Shown: piece by piece, positions 29,526-38,030 of the stretch
How positions within the stretch are numbered: position 1 is the stretch's first letter
Layout: each line of letters begins with the position of its first letter
Assembly: GCA_964605525.1 (NCBI GenBank)
Contig: CAZSCV010000005.1
Location: 39,256-103,255 of the forward strand
Reading direction: 5' to 3'
DNA length: 64,000 nt
Source of the DNA: an uncultured Bdellovibrionales bacterium
GTDB taxonomy: Bacteria > Patescibacteriota > Minisyncoccia > Moranbacterales > UBA9337
Notes under the pieces: model-generated
What the model saw: the letters and a program-made list of their open reading frames with translations, nothing else
The model's database searches: none
Told to the model about the DNA's origin: nothing
Position numbers and translations under genes: made by a program

Positions 29526-30839
29526 ATGAATATTGCAATAATTGGTTCGGGTTATGTTGGGCTGGTCACTGGTGCGTGTCTAGCGGAATTTGGGCATCGG
29601 GTCATCTGCATGGATAAAGACAGCAGTAAAATCGAACGGCTTCGTAACGGCGAGATGCCCATTTACGAACCGGGATTGGATGCCTTGGTGGTCAAGAACG
29701 TCAAAGACGGCAGGTTGTCCTTCACCAGCAATATGGAAGAGAGCGTCAGTCAGGCCAAAGCTGTTTTTATCGCCGTGGGCACCCCCTCGTCCCGTCGTGG
29801 CGACGGCTATGCTGACTTGACCTATATTTATGCTGCAGCCAGGGATCTGGCCCCGTATTTAGGCAAATACACGGTGGTGGTTGATAAGAGCACCGTCCCG
29901 GTTGGCACAGCCAGACAGGTTGCGCGCGTCATAAGAGAGGCAAATCCCGCCGCCCAGTTTGATGTGGTTTCCAACCCGGAATTTTTACGGGAAGGCGCGG
30001 CAATCAATGATTTTATGCGTCCGGACCGGGTGGTCATCGGAATTGAGACGGAACGGGCCAGCGAGGTCATGAAAGAAATTTATAATCCTCTATACCTGAT
30101 CGCCACCCCATTTGTCTTAACCGGACTTGAAACCGCCGAACTGATCAAATACGCCTCAAATGCCTTCCTGTCGATGAAGATCTCGTTTATTAACGAGATG
30201 GCAAATGTGTGCGAGGTCTTGGGAGCGGATGTTATTGATCTGGCCAAAGCCGTTGGGCTTGATGGGCGCATTGGAAGGAAATTTTTACATCCCGGTCCCG
30301 GTTATGGTGGTTCCTGCTTTCCGAAAGATACATTGGCTTTGTTGCGAATTGCGCAGGAGAATGGAGTTCCAATTCGAACTGTCGCGGCAGCAGTTGAGAC
30401 TAATGCTGCTCAAAAAGCGGCGATGGTGAAAAAGATTCGTGACGCCCTCGGCGGTTCGGAGGCCGGCAAGACTATCGGAGTTCTTGGCTTGACTTTTAAG
30501 CCGGAAACGGATGATTTGCGAGATGCTCCGGCACTAACGATCTTGCCACCTCTTTTTGAAAAGGGGGCAAAAATTCAGGCGCACGATCCACAAGGAATGA
30601 CAGAGTGCGCCAAAATGTTTCCGGAATTTTCTTATGTTGGAGATGCGTACGAGGCAGCCGAGGGCGCGGATGTTCTCGTGCTGATGACAGAATGGAATCA
30701 GTATCGCGCGCTTGATTTGCAGGAGCTGAAATCCAGGATGAAAGCCTTGGTATTTGTTGACCTGCGCAATGTGTATAATCATAAGCAGGTGAAGGATGCC
30801 GGATTTACGTATGTTGGCGTAGGACGGGGAGGGTTGTAA
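29526..30839 (+). CDS. ugd: UDP-glucose 6-dehydrogenase
   Basis: MNIAIIGSGYVGLVTGACLAEFGHRV and the catalytic GGSCFPKD motif. The most GC-rich gene in the window by eye. Confidence 0.85.
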   Translation: MNIAIIGSGYVGLVTGACLAEFGHRVICMDKDSSKIERLRNGEMPIYEPGLDALVVKNVKDGRLSFTSNMEESVSQAKAVFIAVGTPSSRRGDGYADLTYIYAAARDLAPYLGKYTVVVDKSTVPVGTARQVARVIREANPAAQFDVVSNPEFLREGAAINDFMRPDRVVIGIETERASEVMKEIYNPLYLIATPFVLTGLETAELIKYASNAFLSMKISFINEMANVCEVLGADVIDLAKAVGLDGRIGRKFLHPGPGYGGSCFPKDTLALLRIAQENGVPIRTVAAAVETNAAQKAAMVKKIRDALGGSEAGKTIGVLGLTFKPETDDLRDAPALTILPPLFEKGAKIQAHDPQGMTECAKMFPEFSYVGDAYEAAEGADVLVLMTEWNQYRALDLQELKSRMKALVFVDLRNVYNHKQVKDAGFTYVGVGRGGL

Positions 30840-30857
30840 GGTCTGCGCCAAAATATA

Positions 30858-30890
30858 CTACATTTTTCTCACGATCGCGAGATTTTGTAG
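30858..30890. repeat. second copy (inverted) of the 33-bp palindromic element
   Basis: ctacatttttctcacgatcgcgagattttgtag; see 26091..26123. Confidence 0.7.
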
Positions 30891-30910
30891 TATATATTTG
30901 ATGAGTGTAA

Positions 30911-30958
30911 AAATAGCAAAGCTCCGATAATCATGATTGATTGCCGGAGCTTTTTTTA
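30911..30958. terminator. bidirectional rho-independent terminator
   Basis: Hairpin agctccgataatcatgattgattgccggagct followed by T7; an A-run lies upstream. Confidence 0.7.
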
Positions 30959-30978
30959 TGGAGCGGGAGAAGTAGCTT

Positions 30979-31116
30979 TTATTTAAAGACTACGAAAATT
31001 ACCACAGGACCCTTGCCGCCAATACGCATTGGCTCTCCGCACGCCTCAATGGACTCAGGGGCGGTGTTCTCAAACTCTTCAATCGTGATCGGTACTGCCT
31101 TTTTTTCAGAAGACAT
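30979..31116 (-). CDS. small ORF (45 aa, MSSEKKAVPITIEEFENTAPESIEACGEPMRIGGKGPVVIFVVFK), hypothetical
   Basis: Not in the >=60-aa ORF track. Perfect SD aaaggaggtgactt 7 nt upstream of the ATG. GC-rich like the island. The plus-strand ORF 30941..31162 over the same DNA lacks an SD. Confidence 0.35.
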   Translation of the reverse strand: MSSEKKAVPITIEEFENTAPESIEACGEPMRIGGKGPVVIFVVFK

Positions 31117-31140
31117 AAGTCACCTCCTTTCGGTGTTTTT

Positions 31141-32418
31141 TTATCTTCCTATCCCTTTGTAAATCACTCCTTGCTTTTCAAAAGCTATTTTGTCGAGGCA
31201 GTTTTTGCCGTCGATTATGATTTTTATTTTGTGCTTTTTGAAAAGTTTCGGGTCGATTTCTTTGAACGCCTTGTGGTCGGTTACCAAGACAACTGCTTCA
31301 GATTTTTTCAGCAATTCCTCAATATTTTTAACAGTGGACATTTTCGGAAAATAGGGGTCAAAGATTTCCACTTTAGCTCTGTGTTTTTTGATTTCTTCAA
31401 TTACCTTGAGAGCGGGAGTTTCGCGCAAATCATCAACATTGGCTTTGTAAGAAAGTCCAAGAATTCCGATTTTGGTTCCGTTGAGAGGTTTTTTTATTTT
31501 GTTCAATTCCTCGTGCAGAAGCTCAACAGTATAAAGTGGCATTGAGTTGTTTATTTTTCTGGCTATTTTGAGGAATTCATGGTCAAAACCGGAAAGCTTG
31601 GCGCGCTCAATCAAATAATACGGATCAACCGGAATACAATGTCCGCCAACTCCGCAACTTGGCCAGTGAGCCATAAAAGAGAAGGGTTTGGTGGAAGCGC
31701 CAGTAATCACATCTTTGACATCAATCCCCATTTTGTCGAAAGATTTTGCCAGCTCGTTAACAAAAGCGATGTTAATGTCGCGGAAAGAATTTTCCACCAC
31801 TTTCACCGCTTCAGCTTCACGAATTGATTTCATCGGAAAAATTTCTGCGTCAATGATTGCTCGGTAAAAATTCAAGGCTTTGTCTAATCCTTGTTTGTCA
31901 AATGATCCAACTACGCGTGGAATGTTTGTTACGTTCCATTTCGGATCTCCAGGGTTGATTCGTTCCGGGCAATGCGCCAAAAAATAATCTTTTCCAACTT
32001 TGAATCCCGCTTCGGCAAACATCGGTTCAACTATTTCTTCACAAACGCCGGGATTGATAGTGGATTCAATGACAATCAGTTGTCCTTTTTTGAAATTGCG
32101 AACAATTGACGCAACTGCTCCGCGCACCGGACTCAGATCCGGAAAAAATAATTTATCAACAGGAGTGGGAACACAAACCAAAACAATGTCGGATTGTTTG
32201 ATTATTTTTTCATCAGTAGTAGCCGTGAGTTTCACGATAGGAAGATTTTTGTGCAAAAATTCTTCTTCAATGGGACTTTTTCCTGCTTGAATTTTTTTAA
32301 TTTTTTCTTTGTCCATATCTAGACCGAAGACCTCAAAACCTTTGAGCGCCGATTGGACGGCAAGAGGGAGCCCGACATAACCCAAACCGATGATGCAAAC
32401 CTTTGCTGTGTTTTTCAT
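31141..32418 (-). CDS. nucleotide-sugar dehydrogenase (UDP-N-acetyl-D-glucosamine/mannosamine 6-dehydrogenase family, TviB/WbpA-like)
   Basis: VCIIGLGYVGLPLAVQSALKGFEVFGLD. Length 425 aa. Confidence 0.75.
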   Translation of the reverse strand: MKNTAKVCIIGLGYVGLPLAVQSALKGFEVFGLDMDKEKIKKIQAGKSPIEEEFLHKNLPIVKLTATTDEKIIKQSDIVLVCVPTPVDKLFFPDLSPVRGAVASIVRNFKKGQLIVIESTINPGVCEEIVEPMFAEAGFKVGKDYFLAHCPERINPGDPKWNVTNIPRVVGSFDKQGLDKALNFYRAIIDAEIFPMKSIREAEAVKVVENSFRDINIAFVNELAKSFDKMGIDVKDVITGASTKPFSFMAHWPSCGVGGHCIPVDPYYLIERAKLSGFDHEFLKIARKINNSMPLYTVELLHEELNKIKKPLNGTKIGILGLSYKANVDDLRETPALKVIEEIKKHRAKVEIFDPYFPKMSTVKNIEELLKKSEAVVLVTDHKAFKEIDPKLFKKHKIKIIIDGKNCLDKIAFEKQGVIYKGIGR

Positions 32419-32633
32419 AGTTTTTTTAATTTTTTATTACCTGCGTATTTAGATAATTTTCGTATGGTTTTTCGAAAAAACATTTTTTTCTCCGGTCCTT
32501 TCGAGGGACGCGGACAGCTGCGAAAAAAACATTTTTTCGGAAAACCGAGAGTATTGTTATTTAATTGCGTAAGTTCTAAATTTACGCAAATTGTAGAAGC
32601 AATAATGTTATTATATTATTTTCAAGCTTTTCG

Positions 32634-33605
32634 TCAACCGAAACTTATTTTTTTGATTATTTCTTTGACATCTTTGAGATTTTTTATTTGTACCGCACGG
32701 GCGCGCCACGCGCCGGCATCGGGAATGCTTTTCAGGTAGGAAGCGAGATGCGCGCGGAAGATAACGAAGCCTTTTTCGCCGAAATATTTTTCCACCAATT
32801 CGGCGTGGCGCAAAATGGTTTTCTTTTTTTCAACTTCGCTTGGGAAGGAATATTTTCCGGTTTGAAAGAAATCTTTGATTTGGGAAAATATCCAGGGATT
32901 TCCGATGGCTGCTTGTCCAATCATCAATTGAATACATCCGGTTTTTTGCGCGTAAAAAAGCGCATCTTCAGGGGATTTGATTCCACCGTTGTAAACGATA
33001 GGAATTTTTAACATTGCTGTGAGTTTTTTGACTATTTCCCAGTTCGGTTCCTGATGAAACATTCCCGGTAATGTCCGGGCGTGAACAATCAGGCAATCAA
33101 TCCCGGCTTTTTCTAATTTTGGAGCAAATGACAAAACTTCTTTTGGATCAGAAAGTCCTAGTCGAGTTTTGATTGAAAGGGGAAGGGAGACACTTTTTTT
33201 TATTTCGCGCACTATTTTTTCAACTGACTCAATATCTCCCATTTGGCAAGCGCCATAGCCCGCTTTTTTTGCTTTGGGAACAGGACATCCCAAATTGATA
33301 TTAATTTCCATCGGATGAATTTTTTCTTCAACAGTTTTGGCGGCACTCACCATTGATTCAATATTGCTTCCGAAAATTTGTACAGTGTAATTTTTTTCTG
33401 AGGGAGAATATTTTTCCGCCAAAGATAGGGATTTGTTTAATTTTGAAGAATTTCGCACTAATCCTTCAGCACTAATCATTTCACTCCAAGTGATGTCGGC
33501 ACCGTTTTCGACGCAAATTTGCCTCATCGCCTTATCGGTAAATCCGGCCATTGGAGCCAAGTGCAATTTTAAATTATTAAATTGTTTCATTATTAAATTG
33601 TTCAA
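32634..33605 (-). CDS. dus: tRNA-dihydrouridine synthase
   Basis: LAPMAGFTDKAMRQICVENGADITWSEMISAEGL and the catalytic-Cys region. Confidence 0.85.
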   Translation of the reverse strand: MNNLIMKQFNNLKLHLAPMAGFTDKAMRQICVENGADITWSEMISAEGLVRNSSKLNKSLSLAEKYSPSEKNYTVQIFGSNIESMVSAAKTVEEKIHPMEININLGCPVPKAKKAGYGACQMGDIESVEKIVREIKKSVSLPLSIKTRLGLSDPKEVLSFAPKLEKAGIDCLIVHARTLPGMFHQEPNWEIVKKLTAMLKIPIVYNGGIKSPEDALFYAQKTGCIQLMIGQAAIGNPWIFSQIKDFFQTGKYSFPSEVEKKKTILRHAELVEKYFGEKGFVIFRAHLASYLKSIPDAGAWRARAVQIKNLKDVKEIIKKISFG

Positions 33606-33695
33606 AATTGTAAATTAAAAGTTTTTGGATTATAATTAAAATCACATAGTCAGTGTATACCTGCCTATAATCAGTTTATATCAGTCTATAAAATA

Positions 33696-34880
33696 ATGAA
33701 AGAAAAACAAAAAATAATCAAGGTGGGGATTAATGCTTCTTTTTTACGCAAGCCCAGTAATGGTACTGGACAAGTTACGAGTAATTTTCTTGGCAAACTG
33801 ATTGAAAAAAACTGGAAAAGTTTGGAGCGGAATATTCAATATGTTTTGTATTTGGAAGAAGATATTAATTGGGCGTTGCCGGGGAATTTCGAGAAGCGTG
33901 TTTTTTTGCCAATTTGGAAGCGGGATGATTTGATCCGCAAAATTTGGTGGGAAAAATACTTGTTGCCGTGCCAAGTGAAAAAAGACGGGTGTGATATTTT
34001 TTTAAGCATGTATCAATGCCCGACAATATTGAAAAAAATAAAGCATATAATGGTGGTTCATGATATTATTCCAAAGCTTTTTCCTGAATATTTGAATAAT
34101 TGGAGAAAAAAAATATATTGGAGTATAACAGAAAAGGCAATTGCCAAAGCCGGCAAGATTGTTGCGGTTTCAATTCATACTGAAAAAGACCTGATCCGCC
34201 ATTTGGGACTGAATGCTTCCGATATTGCTGTTAATTATATTGATGTTGATGAGATGTATAAGAAGGAAGTTTCCGAGCGAGAAATAGAAAGAGTTATGGC
34301 TAAATATGACATCAAGCGCGGATATATTTATGCCGGTGGGGGAATGGAAGTACGCAAGAATATTGAGGGCGTAATCCGGGCTTATGGATTGCTTTTGGAA
34401 AAAAACAAAAGAGAACATTTTTTGAGCTATTTTCCGAATTTGGTTGTCAGTGGAAAATTGCTCCCGCAGTTGGCACCCCTGATAACTGATGCGGAAAAAT
34501 TGGTGCGGGAATTGAATTTGACAGCTCACGTAAAACTATTGGATTTTGTTCCGCAAGAAGATTTGCCGGCTTTGTATTCCGCTGCTAGTGTTTTTGTATA
34601 TCCTTCGTTTTATGAAGGTTTTGGACTCCCGATTTTGGAAGCGATGAATCAAAATACTCCGGTGGTGACTTCGCGCAATTCTTCCTTGGAAGAAGTTGGG
34701 GGCGATGCGGTGCAATATTGCCATTCGGACAGTGTTTCCGATATTGCCGGAGCGGTGAAAAATGTTCTCTTGAACAAAGAGCACAAAAAAGAACTTGTTC
34801 GCCGCGGAAAAGAAAGATCGAAATATTTTTCCTGGAACAAATTCACTGACAAAATGCTGGAATATTTTTCCAATAATTAA
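33696..34880 (+). CDS. glycosyltransferase family 4
   Basis: EGFGLPILEAMNQNTPVV motif. Confidence 0.75.
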   Translation: MKEKQKIIKVGINASFLRKPSNGTGQVTSNFLGKLIEKNWKSLERNIQYVLYLEEDINWALPGNFEKRVFLPIWKRDDLIRKIWWEKYLLPCQVKKDGCDIFLSMYQCPTILKKIKHIMVVHDIIPKLFPEYLNNWRKKIYWSITEKAIAKAGKIVAVSIHTEKDLIRHLGLNASDIAVNYIDVDEMYKKEVSEREIERVMAKYDIKRGYIYAGGGMEVRKNIEGVIRAYGLLLEKNKREHFLSYFPNLVVSGKLLPQLAPLITDAEKLVRELNLTAHVKLLDFVPQEDLPALYSAASVFVYPSFYEGFGLPILEAMNQNTPVVTSRNSSLEEVGGDAVQYCHSDSVSDIAGAVKNVLLNKEHKKELVRRGKERSKYFSWNKFTDKMLEYFSNN

Positions 34881-34899
34881 TAATTGAAATAAAAAAAGT

Positions 34900-35253
34900 A
34901 TGAAAACTGAACAGTCATCCGGTTTTGAGGGTTTGCCGGAAAATAGTGTGAGTAATTTTGAAGAACCGAAAGATCTTCCTCCTTTTGCGGCGGAAATCAA
35001 AAGCGCAATGGAAGGGGAGTCGGGATGTGATTTGTTAAAAAGGTTTCTTTCCACGGAAGTTTTGTCTGATTCCAAAAAAGTTGAAAAATTGGATTTGATT
35101 TTAAATTCCATAGGAGAAACTCCGCGCTCTCTTTTCTTGGCTGAAAATGAAGGCGCGGCTGCCATCGAATCGCTCAGAGAACTTCTTGTTTCGGAAATCG
35201 ACAAAGAAGCAGAAAAGAAACGAAGAAACGAATTAAAGGATATTTTGGGATAA
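34900..35253 (+). CDS. hypothetical acidic protein
   Basis: ORF only. No recognisable motifs. Confidence 0.3.
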   Translation: MKTEQSSGFEGLPENSVSNFEEPKDLPPFAAEIKSAMEGESGCDLLKRFLSTEVLSDSKKVEKLDLILNSIGETPRSLFLAENEGAAAIESLRELLVSEIDKEAEKKRRNELKDILG

Positions 35254-35280
35254 AATGTTGTTTCTGCATTCTGAATAACC

Positions 35281-35371
35281 TTGTCATTTCCGCTCTAATA
35301 TTTTGTTACTCCCGCTCTTAATTTTGTTACTCCCGCTCTTAATTTTGTCATTCCCGCGGAGGCGGGAATCC
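35281..35371 (+). repeat. four tandem ~21-bp units (ttgtcatttccgctctaatat / ttgttactcccgctcttaatt x2 / ttgtcattcccgcggaggcgggaatcc); the last unit is the left palindromic inverted repeat
   Basis: Direct inspection. Units degenerate towards the 5' end. Confidence 0.8.
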
Positions 35372-35374
35372 AGC

Positions 35375-35665
35375 ATGAGTATGAAAATATATTGCGTTTA
35401 CATTTTAACCAACCAAAGGAATGGAACGTTATACATTGGAATAACGAGTAATTTAAAGAATAGAATTTTTCAACATAAAGAAAAAATGTTCGAAGGTTTT
35501 ACGAAAAAATATGGAATTGACAAATTGATTTATTTTGAACAAACGGAAGATGTGCAAAGCGCCTTGCGCAGAGAAAAACAATTGAAAAAATGGAATAGGG
35601 ATTGGAAATTGAGATTGATTGAAGAAAAAAATCCCCAATGGAAAGATTTATATGATGAATTATAA
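35375..35665 (+). CDS. GIY-YIG nuclease family protein (UPF0213/YhbQ-like)
   Basis: KIYCVYILTNQRNGTLYIGITSNLKNRIFQH and a KKWNRDWK tail. The start is reset to the ATG at 35375; the tracked ORF begins inside the repeats. Confidence 0.75.
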   Translation: MSMKIYCVYILTNQRNGTLYIGITSNLKNRIFQHKEKMFEGFTKKYGIDKLIYFEQTEDVQSALRREKQLKKWNRDWKLRLIEEKNPQWKDLYDEL

Positions 35666-35688
35666 ATTTGTGCAGTTGTAAGTTTTCT

Positions 35689-35713
35689 GGATTCCCGCCT
35701 CCGCGGGAATGAC
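35689..35713. repeat. right palindromic inverted repeat ggattcccgcctccgcgggaatgac, the exact reverse complement of 35347..35371
   Basis: 25/25 reverse-complement match. Each copy can fold as a 7-bp stem hairpin. It is followed by a purine-rich gggaatga-type degenerate repeat run to ~35800. Confidence 0.85.
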
Positions 35714-35814
35714 AAGTGGAGGTGGGAATGATAAAAAAGAGATGGGAATAATGAAGTGAAGAAGAGAATGATAAGGTAAAGAAGTGGGGGATGATGAGTA
35801 GAGAGGGAAGCCTT

Positions 35815-35853
35815 ATAAATAAAAAATCGGCAGGCGCAACTTGTGCGTCTGCC
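35815..35853 (-). terminator. rho-independent terminator for the minus-strand gene 35861..36304
   Basis: Hairpin ggcaggcgcaacttgtgcgtctgcc with a T-run on the minus strand. Confidence 0.6.
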
Positions 35854-35860
35854 AATTGAA

Positions 35861-36304
35861 TCAAGGAAATTGATAATACGCCTTGTCGTATTCGTCTGTT
35901 TTATTATTGGTGAATTTTTCGGAATGAAACATTATTTGATTTCCGTTCCTAAGATTTAAATAATAATCGCCAGTCGACATCATTGGCACCATTAGTAGCG
36001 ATTCATTATTAACATCCGCAGTTGTGCTGGTCTTGATGACCAGCACGCTTTTCACAAAATCCTTGGGAAAAAACAATACAGCGGAACTGGATTCCTTAAT
36101 AATGTTAGCTTGCCGGGTGATCGTTTCTTCCAGCTCGGCAATGCGGTTGTCTTTTTTTACAATTGCGGTCGCACCCATAACGAATCCCGCCAGCAGTACG
36201 GATACGAGAACTATTAATCCGATTATTTTTTCTTTTTCCAATGCCTGTTGTTGATTCATCTTTTCTCCTCCCCGAGAATTTTTATTTATGGTATAATAAT
36301 ACAA
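35861..36304 (-). CDS. hypothetical single-pass membrane protein
   Basis: ORF with one TM helix. A likely alternative start at MNQQQ shortens it by 15 codons. Confidence 0.35.
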   Translation of the reverse strand: MYYYTINKNSRGGEKMNQQQALEKEKIIGLIVLVSVLLAGFVMGATAIVKKDNRIAELEETITRQANIIKESSSAVLFFPKDFVKSVLVIKTSTTADVNNESLLMVPMMSTGDYYLNLRNGNQIMFHSEKFTNNKTDEYDKAYYQFP

Positions 36305-36338
36305 ATTGTTAAATTAACTGTCGACTGACTAACTTCTA

Positions 36339-38030
36339 ATGTTTTCATATTTTCGACAATTTGTCAATGCGGGGAAACCCCTCCTCAATCCTCCCCTTGG
36401 AAAAGGGAGGAGGTTTGGGATTGGAGCTTGGCTAATTTGGGCCAATGTTTTTTTGGTTTTCTTTTTGATTTTGCTTTCCAATTTCTCTGTTTTGCCAGTG
36501 AAAAATGTTGGGGATTTTCTTTTTTTTGCGGTGATTGTTTTGCTGTTTTCTTTATACCGTCCAGGGTGGGCGTTTTTGTTTTTTGTGGGGACGATTGCTT
36601 TGGAGAATGTGAATTTGGCGCCAAAAGAATTGGGATTGGCAGTGCGACCGTATCAGCTTTTGGGTGCCGCTTCTTTGATTGCTGTTGTGATTCGATATTT
36701 TACCAAGCGTCTTTCATTTGCATTGCCAAAATGGAATTGGATTGACACGTTGATTTTGGTTTTTGCATCAAGTGGATTTGTCAGTGCGCTGGCGAGTCCG
36801 ATTTCCAAAGGAATTGCGTTCAAGCAATCGATCGTGATTGCAAGTTTTGCGGCGCTGTATTTTTTGACGAGGATTTTTATTCAGGACTTGAAGGATGTGA
36901 AAAAAATAATTCCGTATTTTTTGAGTTCGTCGGTGGTTGTGATTGGATATGGAATTTGGCAAAACTGGCGATTTGTTCGCGGATTTTCTCATTTTGAAGT
37001 GATGCCTGGGCGTCCCAATGCGACATTTTCCGAGGCGGACTGGGCCGGAATTTATTTAACTTTTTTATTAAGTGTGATATACGCATTGGTTTTCTTTTTT
37101 TGTAAAACTCAAGGCGATGCAAATTCCGGAATTTCCAATTTCCAATTTCCAATTTCTAAACAATTTCCAATTCTTAAATTAAATAATTTAAAATTTAAAA
37201 TCCAAAATTTTTTCTTATACTTAATTCTTACTTCTTTATTCTTGATTCTTATTCTAACTGTTGCACGGAGCGCTTGGTTGGGAGCGGGGGCTGTTAGCGT
37301 TCTGTTTTTTGCGTTTTGCGTTTGGTATTATTTTAAGAATAAAAATTCAAAAATTCTCTGGATTCCCGCTTTCACGGGAATGACATTGGTATTGGCGATT
37401 CTTATTATTAAAGTTTTCGGTTTGACGAATTTTGAATTGGGAAATCGAATTCAAAGCACCGGGTCAGGACTTCAGGAGATTACAATCTCTTGCTTGTCCG
37501 TATCGAAGATTGACCCCGAGTTGGTGATTGCGGATGTCAAAGAGTTGGAACAATATGGTTGCCGGCATATCAATTTGGAGGAAATTGAAAGTGAAGAATC
37601 GATGGGAAATTTTGTTGCGCGCGTAAAAAGAAATGATCCGAACGTGAATATTCGCGCTGAAATTTATCAATCGTCGTGGGAGCAAATCAAAGCGCATCCG
37701 ATTTTGGGAATTGGCTGGGGGAATATTTCGCAAATTTTGGGAACGGATGATTTGGGACACGGCCTTAATGCGAGTAATATATTTTTAGAAATATGGCTGG
37801 GAGCGGGACTATTAGGTATTGTTAGCTTCATTGTTATTTTAGGATTAATATTAATGCAAGGTATTCGTTTATTATATGAAGGAATCAAGAGTCAGGAATC
37901 AAGAATTATGATTTTTGGATTTTTTATTATTTTGAGCCTATGCGCAATTGTTGTTCCAAATTTGTTTAATTCCGGAATTATGTTAGGATTTTTGTGGGTA
38001 TGGCTGGCGGTAGTGCAAGCAAAAATATGA
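36339..38030 (+). CDS. O-antigen ligase/polymerase family membrane protein (Wzy_C-like) with in-frame repeat insertions
   Basis: Polytopic, with the Wzy_C-type motif VARSAWLGAGAV. It contains a low-complexity insert (NSGISNFQFPISKQFPILKLNNLKFKIQNFF) and, in frame, a copy of the 25-bp palindrome. Confidence 0.55.
   Translation: MFSYFRQFVNAGKPLLNPPLGKGRRFGIGAWLIWANVFLVFFLILLSNFSVLPVKNVGDFLFFAVIVLLFSLYRPGWAFLFFVGTIALENVNLAPKELGLAVRPYQLLGAASLIAVVIRYFTKRLSFALPKWNWIDTLILVFASSGFVSALASPISKGIAFKQSIVIASFAALYFLTRIFIQDLKDVKKIIPYFLSSSVVVIGYGIWQNWRFVRGFSHFEVMPGRPNATFSEADWAGIYLTFLLSVIYALVFFFCKTQGDANSGISNFQFPISKQFPILKLNNLKFKIQNFFLYLILTSLFLILILTVARSAWLGAGAVSVLFFAFCVWYYFKNKNSKILWIPAFTGMTLVLAILIIKVFGLTNFELGNRIQSTGSGLQEITISCLSVSKIDPELVIADVKELEQYGCRHINLEEIESEESMGNFVARVKRNDPNVNIRAEIYQSSWEQIKAHPILGIGWGNISQILGTDDLGHGLNASNIFLEIWLGAGLLGIVSFIVILGLILMQGIRLLYEGIKSQESRIMIFGFFIILSLCAIVVPNLFNSGIMLGFLWVWLAVVQAKI
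37125..37230 (+). repeat. ttccaattt-type low-complexity element inserted in frame in the ligase gene; a related copy lies in trmD at 44985..45045
   Basis: Shared string caatttccaatttc.aaacaattt.c.aatt, giving a shared peptide QFPISKQF in two unrelated proteins. Confidence 0.7.
37360..37384. repeat. third copy of the 25-bp palindromic element (ggattcccgctttcacgggaatgac), in frame inside the ligase gene
   Basis: Same stem and flanks as 35689..35713, with a different loop. It encodes WIPAFTGMT within a TM segment. Confidence 0.75.

Noticed and set aside
30941-31162. Plus-strand 73-aa ORF between ugd and the nucleotide-sugar dehydrogenase
   Set aside because: No SD, and it runs through a terminator hairpin. 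The opposite strand carries a 45-aa ORF with a perfect SD, which is the better candidate.
35281-35371. Possible CRISPR-like array suggested by the 21-bp tandem repeats
   Set aside because: Units are directly adjacent with no spacers. They are degenerate rather than identical, there are only four, and there are no cas genes. Better explained as a tandem array attached to the palindromic element.
36428-36745. Alternative-frame ORFs inside the O-antigen-ligase-like gene
   Set aside because: Low-complexity translations overlapping a polytopic membrane protein CDS. No independent support.
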